A DNA stretch of 64,000 nucleotides from positions 69,502,001-69,566,000 of the forward strand of contig OZ024744.1 in assembly GCA_964016885.1 (NCBI GenBank). Direction: 5' to 3'. Shown here in pieces: positions 12,518 to 26,000 of this stretch. Source of the stretch: Eledone cirrhosa (lineage: Eukaryota). Under the pieces are notes generated by a model, which had not been told where the DNA came from, made no database searches, and saw only the letters and a program-made list of their open reading frames with translations. Each line of letters begins with the position of its first letter. Position 1 is the first letter of the stretch. The position numbers and the translations under genes are program-made.

Positions 12518-15500
12518 TTACAGATATATACTCAGAGTCGGCCCATTCACTCGGGCCATTCTTGCTTCTCTCACCCATCTTTCAACAAAATGCTGGGAAG
12601 AGAGCACTTCCTTCTCTACTCTGATTTTCCTTTTCAAATGAAATTTGAAAAAGTCAATCAGAGCATCACCGAAGAGGTAAGTGCTCGTCTTCAGCCCTTT
12701 CAAACGTGTCCACCATACTATCTCTTTCGCCATGGCCACCAGACAGATAAAAACTGCCTGCCCATCCCGGCTAAAGGAGGAGGGCGGGGCAATCCTCACG
12801 ATGGACTCAGATGATAGCTGGATCCGTCCTAAACGTGACAGCAGGTGTTCGACATAAACCCACAAGTCAGCAATTTTCGGACACTGGACGAGTGCGTGCA
12901 GGACGGTTTCGTCGCCCTGCGCGCATCTCGGACATGCCCGGCTGACGACACCTCCATGCCTGTAGAGTTTATCCCGAACTGGCAAGGCTCCTCGGTAGCA
13001 CTGCCAGGCCAGAGATTTCTGGAAGTTGTCCATAGGCCCTGGCCCGAAAGTTCTTCCGAAGAGATTGGCTAGTTGATTTTCGTCGACGCCTAGAGTTTCC
13101 CCAAGTACGTCGTCGCTCTTCCCCTCCACTAATCCTCTATAGAACGCCGAGGTGGAGTTTCCACCGATCACATTGCCCGATTGGTCGAGGGCTGTGAGCG
13201 CCTGAAGACATTCCAGTCTCCAGGCGCTCCCTCTCGGTCTTCGCTTGACCCAGGACTGCAGCTCCGTCAAGGAAACGAGCTGGGGAAAAACGCGTCTAGC
13301 AAACGGCGACCACACCTGATCACCGTCGAGGAAGAGGTGGAGATGTCGTAGCCTGAGCGCGTGCCTGCGCATCATCAGCCACGGCATGCCCAGCCCTCCA
13401 CGTAGCGGGTGTTGACAACAGATGGACCGCCTGACCATCGGAGCACGTCCCTTCCACAAAAAGCGAAAGAGCAAACGCTCCAGCGCAGTCAGGCGAGGCT
13501 TAGGACAAGGTACGACGGTTAGGCGGTAGCAGATGACAGACGCGATGTACGCGTTAGCCACCTCCGCTCGACCTTTCAGGGATAGCTTCCTCTCCGCCCA
13601 TTTCTGGGTGAGAGAAGCCACCCTGCTCGTCACCTCGTCCCAGTTTTTGTCCGTCTGGAGGTCCGGACCGAACCAGACCCCTAGCAATTTAACCGGTCCG
13701 TCCGTCCAGCGCCCGACGACGCTGTTGGACGGCATGGACCTGCCTCTCCAGGTGCCGAGCTGCAGGCCCACTGACTTTTCCTGGTTGATCATTGCTCCTG
13801 TCACCGCTTCGTATTCTCTTAGTGTAGTGCCGATCGCCTCGATGTGTTTGGCGTTCGACACCACTACGGTGACATCGTCCGCATATGCTGACACGGATCT
13901 TCCGCATCCTAGTTCGCGCGGGACTCCCCTCAACGTCTCCAGTTTGTGCAGTAATGGCTCGAGAGTCAATACGTACAAGAGGGACGAGAGGGGACATCCT
14001 TGGCGGACCGAGCGCATGATGTTGAACGGTTCCGACAGGTGACCGTTCACTCTCACCACAGAGCAGATGTCGCTGTGCATGGCAGCGATCCAGCCTCTGA
14101 AGACGGGCCCAAAGCCAGCCGCCCTCAGGACTGCCGCTAGGTAACGATGGTCGACCCTATCGAAAGCTTTCGACTGATCTAAATTGATCAAGGACCCACC
14201 CGTGCCAGGTTCCCTAGCTACCCTCTCTACGATGTATCGCATGAGGTGGAGGTTGTCGTGGATGGATCTGTCGGGAATGGCGCATGTCTGCGCCTCTCCC
14301 ACCAGACCACCAACGACAAGCGCCAACCTCTTTGCTAGCACCTTGGCCAAAATCTTAAACTCTGTGTTTAGCAGAGTTATGGGCCGGAAATTGTCTATGT
14401 TATCCCCCTTGTTCGGATCCTTTCTCAGCAGTGCCACCGCTCCTCGGCTCACAGAACTGGGAATTCTCCCGTTCTGTTGCCAGTTGCAGTAGACGTCCGC
14501 CAAGAGGCCTCCGAACAAGTCTGGCATCTGTACGTAAAGTTCATAGGGCAGACCATCCAAACCAGGCGATTTACCCCTTGTGCAGCCAGTCATTGCCTCC
14601 CGTACTTCAGCGGCTGTTATCGGCTTTTCGCAACACTTCGCCTCAGTGGCCGAGAGCCGCGGCAGTCCGTCGAGGTAGACACTAAAGTCCATCCCTCTAC
14701 CCGGCCCCCCGCTGCCCCCGAACAGCTGAGCGAAGTGTCGCTGAAAAGCTTCACACATTTGCCCGGGATCGAGTAGCATGCGCCCGTCGTGGTCCACCAA
14801 AGACCGGATCGTGGCTTTGTTACCACGACGCGCCTCCGCCACTCGGGCCCATTGAACGGCTTTCGTCCCCTCGTGTCTGAGAGCACGCACCCTAGCTCTG
14901 ACAACGCAGCCTTCGTGCTTTGCATTGAAGAATTGGTCAAGGGCCAATTTCGCCGCAAGCACGTCGGTCGCAATGCCTTTGCTAAGCGCCTCGTCTAATT
15001 TTCTAACTAGTTCTCCCTCTGCTCTATTTTTCTCTATTGCTAAAGCCTTACTAAACCTAATCGATTCTATTCTAATCGCTCTTTTCAGAGCAAACCACCA
15101 CTTGTTGTTGACGATGGCTCCCGTCAACGCCCGCTTAACTAGTTCGCTAATCCGGTCTCTGTAGGCCTTGCGCGCTGGTAAGGACGCGTTTAGCTTCCAG
15201 TAGCCGGGTCCTCGTCTATGAAGCCTATCTAAGTCAAGCACACAGGTCACGAATTTGTGGTCCGTGTAGCTGACTATCTTGAATTGTGGACAGCCTATGC
15301 TAGACCTATCTATTTCCCTACAAAATACTCTATCTAGATATGATCTGGATGACCCTATGCGGTTTGTCCAAGTCCATATTGGCACATTCGGGAAATCCAA
15401 TCGGTACCTGTCAGACAGTTCAAAACGCCTGAGCAGGTTGGTGAGGCTCTTGCACCCTCCACCCCTATCCGCTAATCACACACAGTCCCAGGGTGCATCT

Positions 15501-15937
15501 AAAATCCCGTTCCAGTCGCCCACTAACACTAAAGAGCGGGACGTTCCAAGAAAGGTCTCCAGACGCCGGAAGAAAAAAGGCCGCCCTGCTCCTGTCGGGG
15601 CATAGACGGCCACTAGCCTGAAAGCTTGCCCGTCTCCGCTGGTCACGTCCAGCACCACCAGCTTACCCTCTGGGTCCAGGAAGATGGCCCGTATGGCGAG
15701 ATCCAAACCTCTCCGAAAAAGCACAGCAACTCCTCCACCCGATCCAGGACGGCTGGGAGATGCGTACACATCGTAGCCGCCGAAGATCGGTGCGAAGGCC
15801 CGTGCTTCGGAGATTCTGGTCTCGCTGATGGCCACTACATCTATGTTTAGTGACCTGAGGTCGTTGAGCAGGTGACCCTGCTTCCATGACGACCCCAAGC
15901 CACGCGCATTTATGCTGCCTATTCTGAGTGAGGTCAT
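12518..15937 (-). pseudogene. Tx1 ORF2 (APE-RT-CCHC) with a single in-frame TGA at 15476-15478
   Basis: ORFs 15476-15937 and 12518-15400 are in the same frame. Together they span 3420 nt, the same as the intact copy B ORF2. Confidence 0.93.
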
Positions 15938-15972
15938 GTTTAAAATAGAGTGGAAAAGATGGGAAAGACCAC

Positions 15973-18070
15973 TTACCGTACTTTTGGTAGAGGAGGGATG
16001 GTTTTTACATCCCTTTTCACTTGATCGTCTGGTGAAGGGACCGTTGAATCGTCCCTTCGGCTGGTCGTCGGCTCTTCTAAGAGAATGTCTGAGTATACTC
16101 TTCGATTGATGGTTCCTCCTAGGTCCCTGAAATCACCAACTGCGTTGGGGAATTTCGTTTTAATATTTGTGTATTGTTTCTGTGCTATTTTTAGCAGTCT
16201 TATGTTAGTTGGCGTTTTGATTGGTGCTGGTATTATGTAGTCCTGTTGTGAAATGTCTGTGTGTTCAATTATGTAAGTCATTAGTTTCTTGTTGTGTGTA
16301 TTTATTGCCGTGCATTTGTTTTTCTGGGGGTGGGGTGTGGTTCTACTATTTTCTTGTCGTTGTTGCTGGGTGTGTGTGTTTTGTTGTTGTGTTTGCGATG
16401 TTGGTGCTTGTGGTGGTGGTGTTGAAGGTGTTGTTGGCGGTGGGGTTGTCGCCGGTGCTGATGGTGGTGCTGGTGTGGGTGGTGATGGTGTTGGTGGTGT
16501 TGCTGCAGTGGGTCTCTTTGCAGTAGACTTTACCCTTTTCTCATTTCTTTCCTCCCTTTTCAAAGGCGACGATGCGCTGCTTCTGCGTTTGTGCCTTCTT
16601 GCGACCTTTTGCCATCCCTCTCCCACCTCACACTCCATGTCTGATTATGTGAGGTCGGGGAGGGGTACCAGCTCCACTCTTTCACTTGTTGTTGTTGGTG
16701 ATGTTTGCACTGGAGTCTCTGTTGCAGCTGCATTTGGTATTGCTGTTGTTGTTGTTAATATTTCCACTGCTGCTGCTGTTTTTGATTTCCGTGGAGTGGG
16801 TATGGGTGCCACGGACCTATCGTTCCTGGTTGCCGCTTGTCCTGTTGCTGGTAGCCGTGGAGCCGGATTCGGAAGGAGGGGGGTTTTCTCCTTTCTCAGG
16901 GTCTTCTCGTTGCAGAAGGCCCTGAGGTGAGTCTTCGATCCACAGCGAAAGCATTTCGGGCGTTTGCCCTCAACACTTATGGGCAGTTGAGTGCCGTTAT
17001 CGAAGTCTATCACATCCGGGATAGCTTCGATGCACTCCTGGTTGGTTTGGATTAGCATCTCAATGGAGGAGCCGACCCAATCTTCTCTTACTTTTTTCTG
17101 TACTTGCAGTACAATTGTTTTGTCCTCGATTCCGACGAGGACAGACGCGGCCAGCCAAGAAGGGGTCATTCCGGGGGGGACGTGTGTCAGTTTGACCCTC
17201 ACAATTTTTTGCCCGCAGTAGGAGGGCACCAACACCATTTCCTCGCTCCTTAGGGTCACTACTGATTGGGCCTTTGCCTCCTGGGGTGTGGCAAAAAGTA
17301 CGTCTACGGTGGCATATTTTTTGCCTCGGGTGATGTGCGTTTTCCGCTGCCACACAGACCCCAAGGCTTTTTGTATTTGGGCCTCTGTGGCTCTTTCCAC
17401 CCTACGGGATTTTGTACTTACTGTACGGTACGTGACCGTACAGTGCTCTTGGGTTTCGAAAAAATGTTTCCGCTGCCTTGCAGATTGCTCGGTGTCCGTT
17501 CTTTGTCACCATCTTCTTCGCTTCCTCTAATTCCTCATTTGTTATGAGGATTGTTTCCAGGTTTTTCGCAATACCTGCAAATGAGATTGGTTTTTCTCTG
17601 CTGTTGTTGTTGTCGTCAGAGCTGCTGGTACTTTTGTTGTTGCTGCAGGTACTACGACTACTGCCTCCGCCGCTGTTGCTGTGGTTGTTGTTGGTGTTGC
17701 TGCTGCTAATGCTGTTGTTGTTTATGCTGCTGGTGATGCTGTTGCGGCTGCTACTGTTGTTTTCATTGTCACTGTTGCAGTTGTTATTACGGCTGCTACT
17801 GCTATTATTCCTGACGTCAGACGAATGAACTGGGTTTTCGTATTTCCTGCACACCTGTTTCGTCGCTGTCGTCGTCGTCGTGGAGAAACCTTGCACGCTT
17901 TGCACGAGACTTTTCTTTTCTTTCGTCACTTGCGAAAGAGAAGGGAGGGAGAGAGACACATTTAAAGAAGGGAGGGAGAGAGACAATCTTCTCTCTGCTG
18001 TAGTGATGATTGAGAAAGAAGAAGACGGAATGAGTGGGAGTGACGTATGAAATTTCTTTTTCGTAGCCAT
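15973..18070 (-). pseudogene. Tx1 ORF1 of copy A (frameshift at ~17460, stop at 16645)
   Basis: Three ORF pieces concatenate to the copy B ORF1, including the CFRCGSKTHLRAFC zinc knuckle. Confidence 0.92.
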
Positions 18071-18304
18071 GTTGTTTTTTGTTTAAAATGAATATTGGGT
18101 ACAAAACCCCAATAACTGGTTATTTAACCCCGAAGGGCCAAATAACGGACAGAAAGACCCCTCTCACGAGGAGGAGGGTGTCTTTATCAACAATTTGGTT
18201 CAAGTTTTAAACAATTTACAATTGTTTTAACGGTTAAAAATTACTATACCTTACAGAGCCGAGCCTCCGTCAACCATGGCATTCAATAATAATAATAATA
18301 ATAA

Positions 18305-19114
18305 GAGCAGCCTTAAGGGAAAATCCCTTCATAGTACCTTCTTTGAGAAAACTGAATTTAGAGATCCACAGACATGGAACTGGTTGAGAAGAGGAGACCT
18401 CAAAAAGGCTACAGAAGGAATGCTAATGGCTGCGCAGGAGCAGGCCCTCAAAACGAAGTGGTTGAAGCACCATATCTACAAGGAGGAGGCTAGCCCACTG
18501 TGCAGGATCTGTGGAGAGAGAGAGGAGACTGTGGCTCACATTGTGTCCGAGTGTAAACACCTAGCCCAGACCCACTATAAGGGCTGGAGACACGATGTGA
18601 TGGGCAGGGTGATCCACTGGCACCTGTGCAAAGTAAACAATTTACCACATTCTGAGAAATGGTATGAGCATAGGCCAGAGGCGGTGATGGAGAACAATCA
18701 GGTGAAGGTGCTGTGGGATTTTAGGATACAGACGGACAAAAAACTGGAACACAATAGACCTGACCTGGTGGTTGTGGACAAAGAAAAAAGATCGTGCCTG
18801 ATTGTGGATGTGGCCTGCCCGTTCGACACGAGAGTGCAAGAGAAGGAGAGGGAGAAAATTAACCGATACCAGGACCTAAAGTGGGAGGTGAAAAGGATTT
18901 GGAACTGCCATGAAGTCAAAGTGATCCCGATTGTCATAGGCGCACTGGGGACTATCTCCAAAAGTTTCCAGGGATGGTTAAAGAAAATCACGCTTTTTGG
19001 AACGCTTCAAAAGGCATGCTTGCTTGGAACAGCAAGAACCCTCCGATACGTCCTGAATATCTGAGGCTGCAGGTAGTGGCTTGATATTCAATCCAACGGA
19101 CTTTCCAGTTAACC
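18305..19114 (+). mobile_element. 5'-truncated R4/Dong-like element (CCHC finger plus restriction-like endonuclease, open frame to 19064)
   Basis: CRICGEREETVAHIVSEC, RHD, RPDLVVVDK, IVDVACPFD and KINRYQDL. Homologous to 21895-22705. Confidence 0.92.
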
Positions 19115-22100
19115 AAGTGTGTTTGTTTGTTTATGTGTGTTCGTATACAGCGTGGTGATAATGCCACACAAGGGCCAAGTGGAATGGCGGATCCACAGAT
19201 GGCTATGTAACTATACATTCGCCAATCCTCGATAAGAGTGTTTAAATATCGAACATAAACAGTTCGAATAACGGTGAAATGGAGACTAGAACGTCATGTG
19301 ACAGACTCTCACCCAACAGGTGCCCCCTGGCTCAGCAGCAGGAACCTGACTGTCAACCAAATACTGCTGATGTTGGAGGAAGAAGAAGAAGGAAAGGGGC
19401 CAGAACCAACTGGACGAAAGAATTGAATAGAACTGTTATGCAATGCTACCTGAAAAGTAACCCCAAGGAGAGGGGCTACAGGAGACGGATGTATAACATC
19501 TAGAACGAGATTGGTTTATTTAAATTAGATGAACAAAAATTGGCCGGGCAGGCTCGGGTAATAAGAACTAATGGGTGGATAAGCGAGCTGGAACTGGAGG
19601 AACTGAGCAGAGAGAATGGCTTGGAGATGGCGGGTGTAGTATGCCAGACAAGCGAGCCAGTGGGAAATGAAGGTGAAGAGGTCCTGAGAACGGAGGAACC
19701 ACCCGAAGCAGACAATGATCTGAATACTGAGATAAATAATACCTGGAACAGAGATACGGCCACTGAGGAGATGAATGCTGACGGGCTAGGACAAGATTCG
19801 GTTGACATCCTAAATTTAGTGGTAGATGAATTGAACAATGATAGTGGGAGACCTATGAACCTAAGATTTGTAGACAGGAAAAAGTTAAAACAAACAACAA
19901 CTAAGGTAAACAAAGTCATCCCATACCTTGAGACGAGGAGCCTTCACCAGTGCAACAATATCCTCAAAGCAACAGCAAATACGGTGAGGAAACTACTTGG
20001 TATAAAAGCGAGAGGAAACAACAAACAAGAAAGATAAGAACCTTGGTGAGAGAAACGACTGAATGGTCAAATCAGGGAAATGAGAAATGACATTGGAAAG
20101 CTTGAGTCCCTAGTGAATGGGACACTAAAAAACATAGACACTAAAAATAGACTGGAATTAAAGTACAAAACTAGGAGTAAAAAGCTAAATATTATCATAG
20201 AGGAACTGAAGTAACGCATTGTAGCAAAGAGTGCAACAATTATGCGATACGAGAGCAGAGTCAGTCAGTATAGACAGAACCGCATGTTTGACAAAAACCA
20301 GAAGATGTTGTTTGGACAGCTTAAAGGGAAAAAAAGAGGCAACGACTTGATCACTGAGGCGGAACAAACTAAGACATTCTGGAGAGGAATATGGGAGCAG
20401 GATGTTGAACATAATGATCAGGCAGTGTGGATTGAGACAGTACAAAAGGAGATTAGTGAACAGGCACACCAACAAACTGATTTGAGTATCACAGTTGAAA
20501 CTCTTAAGAGGCAGGCCAAAAAACTAACCAACTGGAAATCACCAGGCCCAGATTGTGTACAAGGTATTGGATTAAAAATATAACATCCCTCCACCCGAAA
20601 CTGACAACCATGTTCAATGACTGCTTGATGTAAGGTGAGGTACCAGAGTGGTTGACAAAAGGTACCACAGTTCTGGTAATGAAAGACCGAATCAAGGGTA
20701 ATGATGTTACCAACTGTAGACCTATCACATGTCTGTCTGTAATGTGGAAACAGTTAACAAGCATTGTGTCTGAGGAAATCTACCATCACCTCCGCATAAA
20801 CAACTTGTTACGGGACGAACAGACAGAATGCCGAAAGAAGTCCCGTGGTACAAAGGACCAGTTACTTATTGATAAGATGGTAATGAGGAATTGCAAGAGG
20901 AGACACACTGGTCTTGCCATGGGATGGATAGACTACAAAAAGGCATTCGACATGGTACCTCATTCTTGGATCACCAAAAGCCTAGAGATCTTCAAGGTGA
21001 GAGATAACATCAGACAGTTGTTGAGCAAAAGTATGAATTCCTGGAAAACAGAGTTAACATCAGCTGGAGAATCCTTGGGAGGCGTGAAGATCAAGGTAGG
21101 TATATTCCAGGGAGATAGTTTGTCCCCTCTGTTGTTTTTCCTTGCCCTGATACCCCTGACCATTATACTGCGAAAGGTAAGAGCAGGAAACAAGTTGGGA
21201 AAAGGAGACCTTACCATCAATCACCTCCTCTTTATGGACGATCTTAAGCTCTTTGGAAAGTGTGAGAAGGAGTTGGATGTGCTTGTTGACACTGTCCGTA
21301 TTTTCAGCAATGATATATGTATGCAATTTGGTATTAGTAAGTGTGGAGTCCTTGTGATAAAGATTGAGCAGAAGCAACGGAATCCAGGTACCAACAGGTG
21401 AGATGATAAAAGAAATTGACACTGAAGAAGGATACAAATATTTAGGTGTTCTGGAGGCTGATGTCATCAAGAACAAAAAAAATTAAGGAATTGATAAGAT
21501 CTGAGTACATAAGGAGAGTAAGGAGCGTATTAAAATCACATCTGAACAGTAGGAATGCCATAAGTGCAGTAAATTCCCGATATGTGTCTATTATTAGGTA
21601 CAGTGCGGGAATTCTGAGATGGAATGTTGCTGAACAAAAAGAAATGGATAGGAAGACTAGGAAGCTATTGACTATCTACAACATGTTCCACAAGAGGAGT
21701 GATGTCGATAGACTCTACTTAAGGAGATCTGAAGGTGGAAGTGGTCTTATCAGCATAGAGGACTGTGTTCAGATGGAGAAAAACAACCTATACAAATACG
21801 TGACTGATAGTAGGGAGCCAATGCTCAGAATTGTACTGAAGGAGAGGACAATAGACCAGGGGATGTCCAAGGAGGAAATAACAAGGAGAAAGTGCAACCT
21901 TCATGAAAAATCCCTTCATAGTACCTTCTTTGAGAAAACTGAATTCAGAGATCCACAGACATGGAACTGGTTGAAAGGAGGAGACCTTAAAAAGGCTACA
22001 GAAGGAATGCTAATGGCTGCGCAAGAGCAGGCCGTCAAAGCGAAGTGGCTGAAACACCATATTTACAAGGACGAGGCTATCCCACTGTGTAGAATCTGTG

Positions 22101-22734
22101 GAGAGAGAGAGAGGAGACTGTGGCTCACATTGTATCCGAGTGTAAACACCTAGCACAGACTCACTATAAGGGCTGGAGACATGATGTGATGGGCAGGGTG
22201 ATCCACTGCACCTATGCAAAGTAAACAATTTACCACATTCTGAGAAGTGGTATGAGCATAAGCCAGAGTCGGTGATAGAAAACGATCAGGTGAAGGTGTT
22301 GTGGGATTTTAGGATACAGACGGACAAGAAACTGGAACACAATAGTCCTGGCCTGGTGGTTTTGGACAAGGAAAGAAGATCGTGCCTGATTATGGATGTG
22401 GCCTGCCCATTCGACACGAGAGTGCAAGAGAAGGAGAGGGAGAAAATTAACCGATACCAGGACTTAAAGTGGGAGGTAAAAAGGATTTGGAACTGCCATG
22501 AAATAAAAGTGGTCCCGATTGTCATAGGCGCACTACGTACTATCTCAAACAGTTTTCAAGGATGGTTAAAGAAAATTGGCCCCGCATTTTGAAACACTTC
22601 AAAAGGCATGCTTGCTGGGAACAGCAACAACCCTCCGATACGTCCTGAATATCTGAGGCTGCAGGTAGTGGCTTGATATTCATTTCAACAAACTTTCCAG
22701 TTAACTAACATCAATGACTGAGACTTAAAGAACC
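19115..22734 (+). mobile_element. Full-length but disrupted R4/Dong-like non-LTR retrotransposon (RT plus C-terminal RLE)
   Basis: WKSPGPD, RPITCL, GTKDQLLID, WIDYKKAFD, GIFQGDSLSPLLF, NHLLFMDDLKLF, YKYLG, CRIC and MDVACPFD. It ends in (TAA)n, the repeat Dong elements are known to target. Confidence 0.92.
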
Positions 22735-22783
<49 letters not shown>

Positions 22784-23043
22784 TTTCTTTATTAACCACA
22801 AGGGTTTACATAAAGTAGACATTAAGGACAGTGCAGGACAATGCAGGACGGTACAAATGGGCATTTCTGCGTGTAAAAAAACAAAAACAGAGGATGTAAC
22901 AAAAATAACAATGAAAATAACAATGAAAAATTCCCCAATAGGGGGGAGACTTCGGAGGGACATTTGTGGAGAAAGCCCAGTAAAAAGCCACAATGACCCT
23001 GACCACCAAGGCAAGTGCCCTCTCCCAGTTTTCCACCTTTAGT

Positions 23044-26000
23044 TTACAGATATATACTCAGAGTAGGCCCATTCACTCGGGCCATTCTTGCTTCTCTCAC
23101 CCATCTTTCAACAAAATGCTGGGAAGAGAGCACTTCCTTCTCTACTCTGATTTTCCTTTTCAAATGAAATTTGAAAAAGTCAATCAGAGCATCACCGAAG
23201 AGGTAAGTGCTCGTCTTCAGCCCTTTCAAACGTGTCCACCATACTATCTCTTTCGCCATGGCCACCAGACAGATAAAAACTGCCTGCCCTTCCCGGCTAA
23301 AGGAGGAGGGCGGGGCAATCCTCACGATAGACTCAGATGATAGCTGGATCCGTCCTAAACGCGACAGCAGGTGTTCGACATAAACCCACAAGTCAGCAAT
23401 TTTCGGACACTGGACGAGTGCGTGCAGGACGGTTTCGTCGCCCTGCGCGCATCTCGGACATGCCCGGCTGACGGCACCTCCATGCCTGTAGAGTTTATCC
23501 CGAACTGGCAAGGCTCCTCGGTAGCACTGCCAGGCCAGAGATTTCTGGAAGTTGTCCATAGGCCCTGGCCCGAAAGTTCTTCCGAAGAGATTGGCTAGTT
23601 GATTTTCGTCGACGCCTAGAGTTTCCCCAAGTATGTCGTCGCTCTTCCCCTCCACTAATCCTCTATAGAACGCCGAGGTGGAGTTTCCACCGATCACATT
23701 GCCCAATTGGTCGAGGGCTGTGAGCGCCTGAAGACATTCCAGTCTCCAGGCGCTCCCTCTCGGTCTTCGCTTGACCCAGGACTGCAGCTCCGTCAAGGAA
23801 ACGAGCTGGGGAAAAACGCGTCTAGCAAACGGCGACCACACCTGATCACCGTCGAGGAAGAGGTGGAGATGTCGTAGCCTGAGCGCGTGCCTGCGCATCA
23901 TCAGCCACGGCATGCCCAGCCCTCCACGTAGCGGGTGTTGACAACAGATGGACCGCCTGACCATCGGAGCACGTCCCTTCCACAAAAAGCGAAAGAGCAA
24001 ACGCTCCAGCGCAGTCAGACGAGGCTTAGGACAAGGTACGACGGTTAGGCGGTAGCAGATGACAGACGCGATGTACGCGTTAGCCACCTCCGCTCGACCT
24101 TTCAGGGATAGCTTCCTCTCCGCCCATTTCTGGGTGAGAGAAGCCACCCTGCTCGTCACCTCGTCCCAGTTTTTGTCCGTCTGGAGGTCCGGACCGAACC
24201 AGACCCCTAGCAATTTAACCGGTCCGTCCGTCCAGCGCCCGACGACGCTGTTGGACGGCATGGACCTGCCTCTCCAGGTGCCGAGCTGCAGGCCCACTGA
24301 CTTTTCCTGGTTGATCATTGCTCCTGTCACCGCTTCGTATTCTCTTAGTGTAGTGCCGATCGCCTCGATGTGTTTGGCGTTCGACACCACTACGGTGACA
24401 TCGTCCGCATATGCTGACACGGATCTTCCGCATCCTAGTTCGCGCGGGACTCCCCTCAACGTCTCCAGTTTGTGCAGTAATGGCTCGAGAGTCAATACGT
24501 ACAAGAGGGACGAGAGGGGACATCCTTGGCGGACCGAGCGCATGATGTTGAACGGTTCCGACAGGTGACCGTTCACTCTCACTACAGAGCAGATGTCGCT
24601 GTGCATGGCAGCGATCCAGCCTCTGAAGACGGGCCCAAAGCCAGCCGCCCTCAGGACTGCCGCTAGGTAACGATGGTCGACCCTATCGAAAGCTTTCGAC
24701 TGATCTAAATTGATCAAGGACCCACCCGTGCCAGGTTCCCTAGCTACCCTCTCTACGATGTATCGCATGAGGTGGAGGTTGTCGTGGATGGATCTGTCGG
24801 GAATGGCGCATGTCTGCGCCTCTCCCACCAGACCACCAACGACAAGCGCCAACCTCTTTGCTAGCACCTTGGCCAAAATCTTAAACTCTGTGTTTAGCAG
24901 AGTTATGGGCCGGAAATTTTCTATGTTATCCCCCTTGTTCGGATCCTTTCTCAGCAGTGCCACCGCTCCTCGGCTCACAGAACTGGGAATTCTCCCGTTC
25001 TGTTGCCAGTTGCAGTAGACGTCCGCCAAGAGGCCTCCGAACAAGTCTGGCATCTGTACGTAAAGTTCATAGGGCAGACCATCCAAACCAGGCGATTTAC
25101 CCCTTGTGCAGCCAGTCATTGCCTCCCGTACTTCAGCGGCTGTTATCGGCTTTTCGCAACACTTCGCCTCAGTGGCCGAGAGCCGCGGCAGTCCGTCGAG
25201 GTAGACACTAAAGTCCATCCCTCTACCCGGCCCCCCGCTGCCCCCGAACAGCTGAGCGAAATGTCGCTGAAAAGCTTCACACATTTGCCCGGGATCGAGT
25301 AGCATGCGCCCGTCGTGATCCACCAAAGACCGGATCGTGGCTTTGTTGCCACGACGCGCCTCCGCCACTCGGGCCCATTGAACGGCTTTCGTCCCCTCGT
25401 GTCTGAGAGCACGCACCCTAGCTCTGACAACGCAGCCTTCGTGCTTTGCATTGAAGAATTGGTCAAGGGCCAATTTCGCCGCAAGCACGTCGGTCGCAAT
25501 GCCTTTGCTAAGCGCCTCGTCTAATTTTCTAACTAGTTCTCCCTCTGCTCTATTTTTCTCTATTGCTAAAGCCTTACTAAACCTAATCGATTCTATTCTA
25601 ATCGCTCTTTTCAGAGCAAACCACCACTTGTTGTTGACGATGGCCCCCGTCAACGCCCGCTTAACTAGTTCGCTAATCCGGTCTCTGTAGGCCTTGCGCG
25701 CTGGTAAGGACGCGTTTAGCTTCCAGTAGCCGGGTCCTCGTCTATGAAGCCTATCTAAGTCAAGCACACAGGTCACGAATTTGTGGTCCGTGTAGCTGAC
25801 TATCTTGAATTGTGGACAGCCTATGCTAGACCTATCTATTTCCCTACAAAATACTCTATCTAGATATGATCTGGATGACCCTATGCGGTTTGTCCAAGTC
25901 CACATTGGCACATTCGGGAAATCCAATCGGTACCTGTCAGACAGTTCAAAACGCCTGAGCAGGTTGGTGAGGCTCTTGCACCCTCCACCCCTATCCGCTA

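Larger units (their letters stand above)
12255..18284 (-). mobile_element. Full-length L1/Tx1-clade retrotransposon, copy A
   Basis: Near-identical to copy B over its full length. The 3' end reads AATAAAGAAATC(ATT)n. Both ends abut (AAT)n. Confidence 0.95.
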
